50,578 nt of DNA from the NCBI GenBank assembly GCA_009886115.1, contig VFJJ01000081.1, positions 1-50,578 on the forward strand, given 5' to 3'. Positions 36,917 through 46,094 of the stretch are shown here, one piece after another. Made by a program: the position numbers and the translations under genes. Position 1 is the stretch's first letter. Each line of letters opens with the position of its first letter. Under the pieces are notes generated by a model that was not told the origin of the DNA, searched no databases, and saw nothing but the letters and a program-made list of their open reading frames with translations. The stretch is from Actinomycetota bacterium (lineage in GTDB: Bacteria > Actinomycetota > Acidimicrobiia > IMCC26256 > VFJJ01).

Positions 36917-37690
36917 ATGACGTACGAGGTGTTCCTCATCGAGCGCGGCGACGACGGGGTTGCGATCGTCACCATGAACCGTCCGCACAAGCTGAACGCC
37001 ATGCACCGGCTGTTCTTCGAAGAGTTGCTGGCGGTCATGGCCGAGCTGACCGCCGACGATTCGGTGCGAGCCTGCGTGCTCACCGGAGCGGGCCGGGCGT
37101 TCTCGGCCGGCGGCGACATCGAGACGTTCCCAGCCCTGGCCGACGTGGCTGCAGCCCGCAAGCACGTCCGGCTCGTCTTCGACGCCTTCCACGCCGTCGA
37201 ACGGGCCAGCATCCCGGTGATCGCCGCCGTCAACGGCATCGCGCACGGTGGGGGTACCGAGATCAGCCTGGCGTGCGACTACGTGATCGCATCGGCCGAG
37301 CACGCCTCGTTCGCCTTGCGGGAGGCCGGCCACGGGCTGATGCCTGGATTCGGGCTCACCCGCGGGGCGCAGAAGCTGGGCAACCCGACCATCTTCCGTC
37401 TTGCGGGGACGGCCGAGGTGATCGATGCCCGACGGGCGTACGACATCGGCCTGGCCCAGGAAGTGGTGCCCCACGCACAGCTCATCGACCGGGCCCTGGA
37501 GCTGGCGCGGGCTTTCGCCGTGAACCCTCCGACCGCGGTGGACGCCATCAAGCGTTTCCTCAACCGCTACACCGACCAGGGGTTGAACGAGGCCGTCGAG
37601 ACCACGGCACTCCTGTTCGGCACCACCGACAGTCAGGAGCGGGTGCAGACCTTCCTGTCGCAGCGCTCCTCGGCGAGTCGCCCAGCCTGA
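36917..37690 (+). CDS. Enoyl-CoA hydratase/isomerase family protein
   Basis: MNRPHKLNA, AFSAGGDI, AAVNGIAHGGGTE, LRE...GLMPG. Confidence 0.95.
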   Translation: MTYEVFLIERGDDGVAIVTMNRPHKLNAMHRLFFEELLAVMAELTADDSVRACVLTGAGRAFSAGGDIETFPALADVAAARKHVRLVFDAFHAVERASIPVIAAVNGIAHGGGTEISLACDYVIASAEHASFALREAGHGLMPGFGLTRGAQKLGNPTIFRLAGTAEVIDARRAYDIGLAQEVVPHAQLIDRALELARAFAVNPPTAVDAIKRFLNRYTDQGLNEAVETTALLFGTTDSQERVQTFLSQRSSASRPA

Positions 37691-37902
37691 GCCTGTCCCC
37701 GACATCTGCGAGCAGTGCGACAACTCCATGGCCGGCCCCGAGTTCCAACAGCACTCCAGCCGGTAGACCGGAAGCGCAACTGACCGACATCCTCGAGCTC
37801 CGCGACGACGCCCGCGACCGCCAAGGGGAGTCCGATCCGAGACCGCCCGCCCCACCCCGCACAACCAGTCCAAGTGGCCCGACAGACGCGCGCGGTGACG
37901 AC

Positions 37903-37987
37903 TGCGGATCCGTCCCCTAGAGAAGTGCGGAGTCGTCTCTACCTGTGTTGCGGATCCGTCCCTATCCGCGCTGCGGATTCGTCGCTC
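37903..37987. repeat. Array of four direct repeats with exact 23-bp period (core TGCGGAnnCGTC)
   Basis: Cores start at 37903, 37926, 37949 and 37972. Confidence 0.85.
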
Positions 37988-38042
37988 CAACCTTCGCCGG
38001 GCTGACGCCGGGATGGTGATGGTTTCGGCCAACCGCTCGCGC

Positions 38043-38801
38043 TCAGGCGAGCATGCCGCCGTCGATCACCAGCACGGTACCGGTGATGTAGCTGGCGGCG
38101 TCGGAGGCCAGGAACGCCACGGGGAGCGCCACTTCCGCGGCCGTCGCCCAGCGGCCCATGGGCGGCGAGATGCCGGCGTCGGCCTCCACGGTGGCCTTGT
38201 TGAAGTGGTCCCACGCGCTGGTGTCGATGAAGCCTGGGGCGACGGCGTTGACGCGAACGTTTCGCAGTGCCCATTCCCGAGCCAGCGCCTTGGTCTGTTG
38301 CAGCAGCCCACCCTTGGCCGATGAGTACGCGGCCATGCCCGGAAGGTGGCGGAGCCCGGCCAACGAGGCGACGTTGACGATCGCTCCACGGCCGGCTGTG
38401 AGCATGCCCCGGCCGAACGCCTGCGAGAGCAAGAACGGCGCCGTCAGGTTCAGTGCGACGGTCTTGTTCCAGCCACTGAGGTTGATGTCGGCGGCCGGTG
38501 AGACGAAGCGTGCGCCACCGGCGTTATTGACCAGCACGTCGATCGTCCCCAAGGCTGCGGTCACCGCTTCGGCCGCGGCGGCGACCTCGGTCGGGTCGGT
38601 CACGTCGCAGCGGACGACGAGCGCCCGTCGCCCGAGAGCCCGGATCTCGGCGGCCACCTCCTCGAGCACGTCGGCTCGCCGGGCGAGCACGGCCACGTCG
38701 GCGCCGTGCTCGGCCAAGGTCAACGCGATGACCCGGCCGATGTCGCCGGTGGCCCCGGTGACGACGGCGATCCGCCCGTCGAGCCCGAAGTCCTTCAGCA
38801 C
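38043..38801 (-). CDS. SDR family oxidoreductase
   Basis: TGATGDIG, NNAG, YSSAK; GTG start after GGAG, overlapping the P450 stop. Confidence 0.93.
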   Translation of the reverse strand: MLKDFGLDGRIAVVTGATGDIGRVIALTLAEHGADVAVLARRADVLEEVAAEIRALGRRALVVRCDVTDPTEVAAAAEAVTAALGTIDVLVNNAGGARFVSPAADINLSGWNKTVALNLTAPFLLSQAFGRGMLTAGRGAIVNVASLAGLRHLPGMAAYSSAKGGLLQQTKALAREWALRNVRVNAVAPGFIDTSAWDHFNKATVEADAGISPPMGRWATAAEVALPVAFLASDAASYITGTVLVIDGGMLA

Positions 38802-40075
38802 CTTTGGTCTCCGGCGGAGGGCGTGTACGTGACCGGGAACGAGGCCATGCCCCGCGAGATCAGCGTGGGGTGCCAGAGTTCGGGCTGGGGTCCGACAGCG
38901 AGGTCGGGGAGGCGGCTGATCACGGCGTCGATGGCGATGGCCCCTTCGAGACGGGCGATCGCCGCGCCGATGCAGTAGTGGATGCCCCACCCGAACTCGA
39001 TGTGCCCGTTGGGATCGCGCTCGATGTCGAGCTCGTCGGGCCGGGCGAACGCCGCGGGGTCCCGATTGGCGCCGTCCTGCACCAGGTACACCATGTCGCC
39101 GGCGCGCAGCGTGCGCCCGCCGAGCTCGGCATCGGCGTTCATCATGCGGACCTCCATCTTCGATGGTCCGTCGAAGCGCAAGAGCTCCTCGATCGCCGAC
39201 TTCATGAGCTCGGGCCGGGCGCGGAGCTTGGCCAGCTGCTCGGGATGGCGCAGGAGAGCCAAGGTGCCATTGGCGATGAGGTTGGTCGTGGTCTCGTGGC
39301 CGCCGAAGAGCATGAGCACCAATGTCGACAGCACCTCGTCGTCGGTGAGGAGATCGTCGCCTTCCTGGGCGGTGATCAACGTGCCGATGACGTTGTCGGC
39401 CGGCTCGGCCCGGAACGTGCGGATGAGCGTCCGCAGATAGTCGGCCAGGTCCATGAGCCCCTTCTGGGCCCGCTCCCTGCGCCCCTCGACACCGCGAGCC
39501 CCGAACACGAGGATCATCACGTCATCGGACCAGCTCTTGAACAGGTCGCGTTCCTCGGCCGGTACACCCATCATCTCGGCGATCACGATGGCCGGGATCG
39601 GATAGGCGAAGTCGTGCACCAGGTCCATGTGGCCCTTGGGCGCCACGTCTCGGATCAGCTCCTCGACCGCGGCCTCGGCGAGAGGACGCCAGGCCTCGAC
39701 GGCCCGAGGTGTGAACGCTCTGCTCACCAGACGGCGCAGGCGCGTGTGATCGGGTGGGTCGCGAAACACCATCCAGTTCTCGAGGATCTTGTACGTGGGG
39801 CCGCGCTCGATCTGCTGTTGTGGTGTGAGCTTGTGCTCGAACACCGGGCGGATCCGGTCGGACGAGAACTCGGGATCGCGCAGCCCGGTGAGCACGTCGT
39901 CGTAGCGGAGCACGAACCACGCCTTGTACCGCTCGCTCCAGTGGACGGGGTCATGCTCGCGCAAGCGTGCGATGAGCGGGTACGGATCGGCCAGGTTGGC
40001 GTCGGAGAGGAAGTCGTCGTCGTTCGGGATACCGCCGTTTGAGCTCACGGTGCTCGTCTCGTCATTCGTGGTCAC
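38795..40075 (-). CDS. Cytochrome P450
   Basis: DPPDHTRLRRLV, GGHETT, EELLR, FGWGIHYCIG; GTGA overlap with the thiolase. Confidence 0.95.
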   Translation of the reverse strand: MTTNDETSTVSSNGGIPNDDDFLSDANLADPYPLIARLREHDPVHWSERYKAWFVLRYDDVLTGLRDPEFSSDRIRPVFEHKLTPQQQIERGPTYKILENWMVFRDPPDHTRLRRLVSRAFTPRAVEAWRPLAEAAVEELIRDVAPKGHMDLVHDFAYPIPAIVIAEMMGVPAEERDLFKSWSDDVMILVFGARGVEGRRERAQKGLMDLADYLRTLIRTFRAEPADNVIGTLITAQEGDDLLTDDEVLSTLVLMLFGGHETTTNLIANGTLALLRHPEQLAKLRARPELMKSAIEELLRFDGPSKMEVRMMNADAELGGRTLRAGDMVYLVQDGANRDPAAFARPDELDIERDPNGHIEFGWGIHYCIGAAIARLEGAIAIDAVISRLPDLAVGPQPELWHPTLISRGMASFPVTYTPSAGDQRC

Positions 40076-41217
40076 GATCGTCCGAGCACGGCCACGACGC
40101 AACCGTTGCCGTCGACCCCGGCGGCGCCGCCACCCATCGTCTCGACCACGCCCACTCGGGCATCGTCGACTTGGCGGGCGCCTGCCTCGCCCCGCAGCTG
40201 CCAGACGATCTCGGCGATCTGGGCCAGGCCGGTCGCCCCCAGCGGGTGACCTCTCGAGAGCAAGCCGCCGGACGGGTTGACCGGCTGCGGCCCTCCGATC
40301 GAGGTGTGGCCCGACTCCACCAGCCGTCCTCCGCCACCGAGCTCGCACAGGCCCAGTGCCTCGGTGGTCACGATCTCGCCGATGGTGAAGGCGTCGTGCA
40401 CCTCGAAGACGTCGACGTCGCTGGGCCCGATCCCCGCCTGCTCGTAGGCCAACGCAGCGGTCTCAGCGACGATGTCCCATCCCCAGACCTTGCTCGAACG
40501 CTGGTCCCAGAGCTTCCCGGAACGAAGGGCCGACGACCGGATGGGCACATCCCGCGGGTGCGACGGGCTCCGGCGCGGCCCGATGATCGCCGCCGCGGCG
40601 GCATCGGCGATCGAACAGCACTGGTAGAGGGTGAGCGGGTCGGCGATCATGCGCGACGCGAGCACCTGCTCCACCGTGACCGTTCGAGAGTGCTGGGCCC
40701 TGGGATTGCCGACCGCGTGACGATGGTTCTTCACCGACACCAGTGCCATCTGCTCGGAGGTCACGCCGAACTCGTGCACATAGCGGGTGGCGCTCATCCC
40801 GTAGATGCTGGGCATGGCAAACCCTTGCGCCCCTTCGGCATCGGAGCGGATGGGAGCGATCGCACCGTCGAACACAGCGGTCATGGTCTCGATGCCGAGG
40901 GCCAGCACGCGCTCGTAGCGACCGCTCTCGACGGCCAGGCGGGCCTCGTGGAAGGCGGTCGTCCCGCTGGCGCAGGCGTTCTCGATCGTGATGATGGGCA
41001 CGCTGGTGACACCGATCGACTGGAGCGCCCGCTGGGCCACTCCGGGATCACCGAAGACCGTGCCGGCATACACGGCGTCGATGGCCGAGGCTCCGGCCAG
41101 GCCGGCGTCGTCGATCGCCTCTAACACCGCGACCCAGGTGAGCTCGGGCGCCGAGAGCTGCGGCTGCTTGCCGAACAGCGAGGTGCCCACGCCCCAGACC
41201 GCGGTCTCGGTGGTCAT
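40072..41217 (-). CDS. SCP2-type thiolase family protein
   Basis: ENACASG, EVHDAFT, NPSGGLLSRGHPLGATG. Confidence 0.93.
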   Translation of the reverse strand: MTTETAVWGVGTSLFGKQPQLSAPELTWVAVLEAIDDAGLAGASAIDAVYAGTVFGDPGVAQRALQSIGVTSVPIITIENACASGTTAFHEARLAVESGRYERVLALGIETMTAVFDGAIAPIRSDAEGAQGFAMPSIYGMSATRYVHEFGVTSEQMALVSVKNHRHAVGNPRAQHSRTVTVEQVLASRMIADPLTLYQCCSIADAAAAAIIGPRRSPSHPRDVPIRSSALRSGKLWDQRSSKVWGWDIVAETAALAYEQAGIGPSDVDVFEVHDAFTIGEIVTTEALGLCELGGGGRLVESGHTSIGGPQPVNPSGGLLSRGHPLGATGLAQIAEIVWQLRGEAGARQVDDARVGVVETMGGGAAGVDGNGCVVAVLGRS

Positions 41218-41669
41218 GGAGCGTCCTCCCTGTCGGCTGGCGAGGGTCGTACAGCGGGATCGCCGTGCTCGGTCCAACCGGCAAGGTGTACCCGACCTCC
41301 GGGCCGAAGCGGCAGCACCGCGACACCGTCACCGTCACCGTCATCATCGGACGCGCTGTCGATCACGTGCACCAGGATCCGAGGGCCGTCGTCGAGGTCG
41401 ATGTAGGCCAGCCCGTACGGCGGCTCCCGACCGGGGACGGGAATCCGCAGGATGGTTGCCGTGAACACGGTGGCTCCCGGGCCGAAGCTGGTGCCTTCCA
41501 TCGTGTCGCCACCGCACACCGGGCATCGGGGTGGAACGACGGCGATCGCATGACCGCAGGCAGCGCACCGGCTTCCCGAGGCCAAGACGACTCCGTCGAC
41601 CAGCGTGAGACGGGGACGCGGGTCGGCCGGACCGAGCTCGGGAGGTTCGAGGGTCAAGCGGTCGCTCAT
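41214..41669 (-). CDS. Zn-ribbon/OB-fold (DUF35) protein
   Basis: CAAC...CPVC, PPYGLAYIDLDDG; coupled to the thiolase. Confidence 0.9.
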   Translation of the reverse strand: MSDRLTLEPPELGPADPRPRLTLVDGVVLASGSRCAACGHAIAVVPPRCPVCGGDTMEGTSFGPGATVFTATILRIPVPGREPPYGLAYIDLDDGPRILVHVIDSASDDDGDGDGVAVLPLRPGGRVHLAGWTEHGDPAVRPSPADREDAP

Positions 41670-41689
41670 GAGGTCGCCAGCCTCGCATT

Positions 41690-41779
41690 CAAACGTGCGT
41701 TTGGTCCAACGGAGACGAACGCGTCGGTCGACCGGCGAGGGGTGTGCTTGCTAGCCTCGGCCTCCCAAACGATCGGTCG
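41690..41779. promoter_or_regulatory. Two putative TetR operators in a divergent promoter region
   Basis: CAAACGTGCGTTTG (41690-41703) and CAAACGATCGGTCG (41766-41779). Confidence 0.7.
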
Positions 41780-41824
41780 AAATCCGGCTGACCGACACCG
41801 CCGGCCAAAGAGGAGCGCAGTCGC

Positions 41825-43042
41825 GTGAGCGCATCCGAGACGCCCGAGCTTCTCGACATCTTGTCTCCAGCCTTTGACGCCGATCCCAACCCCACATACG
41901 CGCTCTTGCGCGACGAGCACCCGGTCTTCTACCACGAGGGCATGCAGTCGTACATCCTGAGTCGCTACGAGGATGTCGAGAACGCCTTCAAGGACAAGGG
42001 TTTCACCAGCGAGAACTACAGCTGGCAGCTCGAGCCCGTGCACGGTCGCACCATCCTCCAGATGGAGGGCCGTGAGCACTCGGTTCACCGAAACCTCATC
42101 ACCCCGGCGTTTCGCGGCAGCGAGCTCACCTCGAAGTTCGTGCCCGTCATCGAGAAGAACTCCGCCGAGCTGATCGACGGGTTCCGTCTGGCAGGCCGAG
42201 TCGACCTCGTCGACCAGTACACGATCCGCTTCCCGATCAACGTGATCGTCGACATGCTCGGCTTGTCGAAGGCCGATCACGCGCGGTTCCAGAAGTGGTA
42301 CCACTCGATCATGGCTTTTCTCTCGAACCTCACCGGAGACGAGGCCGTGATGGCCCAGGGGGTCGAGACCAAGGACGAGCTCGAGGCGTACCTGCTGCCC
42401 ATCATCGCCGACCGTCGGGCCAATCCGGCCGACGACCTGCTCTCGACGCTGGTGACGGCGGCCATCGACGGTGAGCAGATGAGCGACCTCGACATCAAGG
42501 CCTTCGTGAGCCTGCTGCTGGTGGCCGGAGGGGAAACCACCGACAAGGCCATGTCGAACATGTTCTTCCAACTCATCTCGAACCCCGACCAGATGGCCGC
42601 GGTGCGGGCCGACCGAAGCCTCATCGCCAACGCGTTCGCCGAGACGCTGCGCCACTCGCCGCCCGTCCAGATGATCATGCGCCAGCCGTCGGCCGACGTG
42701 GAGATGCACGGAACCGTCATCCCCGCCGGCTCCACGGTCACCGCGCTCATCGCGGCAGCCAACCGTGATCCCCGGAAGTACTCCGACCCTGATGGATTCG
42801 ACATCTTCCGGTCCGACCTCGACATCGACAAGGCGTTCTCGGGCGCGGCGAACCACACGGCGTTCTGCCTCGGCCGTCATTTCTGTGTGGGAGCCATGCT
42901 CTCCAAGACCGAGGTCGAGATCGGCACCAACCAGTTGCTCGACGCCATGCGCGACATCGCGTTCGACGGACCGGCGCCGCCTCGATCCGGGGTGTTCACT
43001 CGGGCTCCGAAGTCGATGCCGCTCACATTCACCCCGGCCTGA
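41825..43042 (+). CDS. Cytochrome P450 (CYP134-like by recollection)
   Basis: AGGETT, ETLR, AFSGAANHTAFCLGRHFCVG. Confidence 0.95.
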   Translation: MSASETPELLDILSPAFDADPNPTYALLRDEHPVFYHEGMQSYILSRYEDVENAFKDKGFTSENYSWQLEPVHGRTILQMEGREHSVHRNLITPAFRGSELTSKFVPVIEKNSAELIDGFRLAGRVDLVDQYTIRFPINVIVDMLGLSKADHARFQKWYHSIMAFLSNLTGDEAVMAQGVETKDELEAYLLPIIADRRANPADDLLSTLVTAAIDGEQMSDLDIKAFVSLLLVAGGETTDKAMSNMFFQLISNPDQMAAVRADRSLIANAFAETLRHSPPVQMIMRQPSADVEMHGTVIPAGSTVTALIAAANRDPRKYSDPDGFDIFRSDLDIDKAFSGAANHTAFCLGRHFCVGAMLSKTEVEIGTNQLLDAMRDIAFDGPAPPRSGVFTRAPKSMPLTFTPA

Positions 43043-43123
43043 CCGTCATGTCGCATCTCGCGGTAGCCCGCGAGCGATCCAGCCACCGACCCTGCCGCAT
43101 CACCCCGTCGAAGGAGTCCCGTC

Positions 43124-43927
43124 ATGGGCGTTGAAGGTCTGCGATTCGTCATCACCGGCTCGGGCTCGGGCATCGGAGCAGCCACGGCGAAGCTGGCGGC
43201 GTCCAAGGGCGCCAAGGTGATGGTGTCCGACATGAACGACGACACCGGCAGCGCGGTCGTCAAGGAGATCCGGGCCGCGGGTGGCACGGCCGAGTACCAG
43301 CACTGCGACGTGACCGACGTCGGACAGGTCCAGGCTCTCATGGCGGCGGCGGCGGCGGCGTTCGGCGGCATCGATGTGCTGCACAACAACGCGGGCATCC
43401 ACGAGACCGGGATCACCGACAAGGTCTCGCTCGAGGACATGCCCATCGAGGCGTTCCGCAAGGTGGTCGAGATCAACGCCGTGGCTCCGTGGGTCTGCTC
43501 GAAGTACGCCCTGCCGCATCTCAAGGCGTCGACCAACGGGTCGATCATCAACGCCGCTTCGACGGGCTCGTGGGTGGGCTATCCCTACAACTCGGCCTAC
43601 GGCACGTCCAAGGGTGGAATCCACCTCCAGACCAAGAACCTGGCCGTCGACCTCGCTCCGTTCGGGATCAGGGTCAACTGCTACAGCCCAACGGCCATCG
43701 CCACCGAGATGGTCACGAACTTCGTGGCCGTGCAGCCCGACCCCGCCGCCTTCGAGAAGGCGCTCATCTCCACGAGCCTGATCCCGCGCCTGGGTCAGCC
43801 CGTGGAGGTGGGCGAACTCGTCTGCTTCCTTGCCAGCCCCGAGGCGGCGTTCATCAATGGGGCGTGCATCGTCATCGATGGCGGGTCGCTGGCGTGGCGG
43901 GGCACCGTCGACCAGATCGGTATGTAA
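43124..43927 (+). CDS. SDR family oxidoreductase
   Basis: TGSGSGIG, NNAG, YGTSK. Confidence 0.93.
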   Translation: MGVEGLRFVITGSGSGIGAATAKLAASKGAKVMVSDMNDDTGSAVVKEIRAAGGTAEYQHCDVTDVGQVQALMAAAAAAFGGIDVLHNNAGIHETGITDKVSLEDMPIEAFRKVVEINAVAPWVCSKYALPHLKASTNGSIINAASTGSWVGYPYNSAYGTSKGGIHLQTKNLAVDLAPFGIRVNCYSPTAIATEMVTNFVAVQPDPAAFEKALISTSLIPRLGQPVEVGELVCFLASPEAAFINGACIVIDGGSLAWRGTVDQIGM

Positions 43928-44009
43928 TCGAACCGAGCCGTTCTGCAGTCCAGCAGTCCCGTCGTCGAGCAGTCCTACCGAGTCAACACACCAACCCTGG
44001 GGGAGACCA

Positions 44010-44414
44010 ATGGCCGACAAGTGGGCAGCGTTCGAGATGATCAGCCGCACCGGAACCGCATACGACGCACACGACCTCGACGGAGCGATGGACTGCTTCA
44101 CGAACGACGCTGTGATGAAGATGTCGATCGCCGGCGGCGACGTGATGCAGTTCGCTGGAGCCGACGCGATCAAGGCGCTCTACGGCGGGTCGATGACCTC
44201 ACAGACCGACCAGCGTCGACACATCATCACCAACGTCAGCTTCTCGAACGAGACCGACAACTCGGTCGACGCGAAGTCGATCCTGCTGCTCGTGGCGGTC
44301 GAGAACGGCGCGCTCAAGGTGCTGTCGTCTGGCCTCTACACCGACCACATCGTCAACGACGGTGGATCGTGGCGCTTGAAGGAGCGGTTCTTGGCGCTCG
44401 ACCTTCCGTATTGA
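44010..44414 (+). CDS. NTF2/SnoaL-like protein
   Basis: AYDAHDLD...CFTNDA, RHIITNV, GLYTDHIV...WRLKER. Confidence 0.88.
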   Translation: MADKWAAFEMISRTGTAYDAHDLDGAMDCFTNDAVMKMSIAGGDVMQFAGADAIKALYGGSMTSQTDQRRHIITNVSFSNETDNSVDAKSILLLVAVENGALKVLSSGLYTDHIVNDGGSWRLKERFLALDLPY

Positions 44415-44522
44415 TGCAGGCGAAGGCGCCAGCGGCGCCCGCCTGCGGATTCAAGACCTCGCTGCGCTCGGCGGTACGTCAAGGTCAACAGCATCTGTGA
44501 TGCGTGAGGGGTTGGCGGGTCT

Positions 44523-46082
44523 ATGAATATCGGGTTGATACCGGCGAAGTGGGCTCGGTTGGCTCCGGGGCGGGAGGCGATCGTCGATCAGCCGTCGGGG
44601 CGGCGGATCAACTTCGGCGACTTCGACCGGCTCGTACGCAAGCTGGCGAATGCCTTGCGGGGCTTGGGGCTCGACCAGGGCGACCGGGTCGGGATCCTCT
44701 CGATGAACAGCATCGAGTATGCCGCGCTGTACTTCGCGTGCGGGCGGGCCGGGCTGGTCACACAGCCCATGAATTGGAGGCTCGCCGCCCCCGAGTTGAA
44801 GAAGATCATCGACAACGGCGAGCCGCGGGTCTACATCACCCAAGGCCAGTTCGCGCCCATGGCCAAGGAGTTGCAGGCGATCGTCGAATCGGTCGAGCAC
44901 TGGCTCGAGTACGGCCCGGGCGGCGACGGTAGCTTCGAGACCCTCGTCGACGGAGCTTCCGACGCCGAGCCGGTGTGGTCGTCGTCGGTGGGTGGCGACG
45001 ACCCGTTGTTCATCCTCTACACCGGAGGTACGACCGGCGAATCGAAGGGTGCACTGCACTCGCACAAGAGCGTGTGGTTCGGGATGGCCAACCAGACCGT
45101 GGCCGAGCGCATCGTGCCGACCGACGTCTACATGCTCACGGGGCAGATGTTCCACATCCCCGTGGTTCTCGCCATGAACTACCTGGCCCATGGTTGCCCG
45201 CTGGTGCTCATGAACTTCGACGCCAAGCTGGCTCTGGAGCTCATCCAGGCCGAGCGGGTCTCGGCCTTCCTGGGTGTCACCACCATGCTCAACTGGATGA
45301 TGGCTGTCGACGACTTCGACAGCTACGACATCTCGTCGCTGCGGAACATCCAGTACGGCGGGGGCCCCATGCCGCCCCGAGTCATCAAGGAAGCGCTGAC
45401 CAAGTTCCCGTGCACGCTCATCCAGGGATACGGCCAGACCGAAGGCACGACGATGACGTTCTTGTCGCAGGAGGACCACCTCAACGCCGCGCTGCACGAC
45501 GTCCATCCCGAGCGGCTCAAGTCGTGCGGTCGGGAGGGCTTCGTCACCTCGATCATGGTGGTCGACGACGACGGCAACCCCGTGCCCTGTGACGGCGCGA
45601 CCACCGGACAGATCATCGTGAAGTCCGAAGCCAACATGCTCGGCTACTTCCGCCGCCCCGATCTCACCGCACAGACCATCCGCGACGGGTGGATTTGGAC
45701 CGGCGACATCGCCACATGGGACGAGGAACGCTACGTGTTCATCGTCGACCGGGCCAAGGACATGATCATCTCGGGGGGCGAGAACATCTACTCGGTCCAG
45801 GTTGAGGAGGCGATCTACAAGCACCCGGCCGTGCTCGAGTGCGCAGTCATCGGTGTGCCCGACGAGGTGTGGGGCGAGTCGGTCAAGGCCTTCGTGGTGC
45901 TCAAGCCCGGCGAGTCGGCCACCGAGATCGAGCTCGTCGACACGGCCAAGGAACACCTGGCGTCGTTCCAGAAGCCCAGATCGATCGAGTTCCTCGATGC
46001 TCTGCCCAAGGCCGCGACCGGGAAGATCCTCAAGCGCGTCCTCCGCGAGCCGTTTTGGGCCGACAACGACCGTCAGGTCTGA
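44523..46082 (+). CDS. Long-chain-fatty-acid--CoA ligase-like AMP-binding enzyme
   Basis: YTGGTTGESKG, YGQTE, WTGD, DMIISGGENIY, PKAATGKILK. Confidence 0.95.
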   Translation: MNIGLIPAKWARLAPGREAIVDQPSGRRINFGDFDRLVRKLANALRGLGLDQGDRVGILSMNSIEYAALYFACGRAGLVTQPMNWRLAAPELKKIIDNGEPRVYITQGQFAPMAKELQAIVESVEHWLEYGPGGDGSFETLVDGASDAEPVWSSSVGGDDPLFILYTGGTTGESKGALHSHKSVWFGMANQTVAERIVPTDVYMLTGQMFHIPVVLAMNYLAHGCPLVLMNFDAKLALELIQAERVSAFLGVTTMLNWMMAVDDFDSYDISSLRNIQYGGGPMPPRVIKEALTKFPCTLIQGYGQTEGTTMTFLSQEDHLNAALHDVHPERLKSCGREGFVTSIMVVDDDGNPVPCDGATTGQIIVKSEANMLGYFRRPDLTAQTIRDGWIWTGDIATWDEERYVFIVDRAKDMIISGGENIYSVQVEEAIYKHPAVLECAVIGVPDEVWGESVKAFVVLKPGESATEIELVDTAKEHLASFQKPRSIEFLDALPKAATGKILKRVLREPFWADNDRQV

Positions 46083-46094
46083 CAGGGGACATCG

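Noticed and set aside
37903..37987. Mini CRISPR array interpretation of the 23-bp repeats
   Set aside because: Repeat cores and spacers are far too short, and there are no cas genes in the window.
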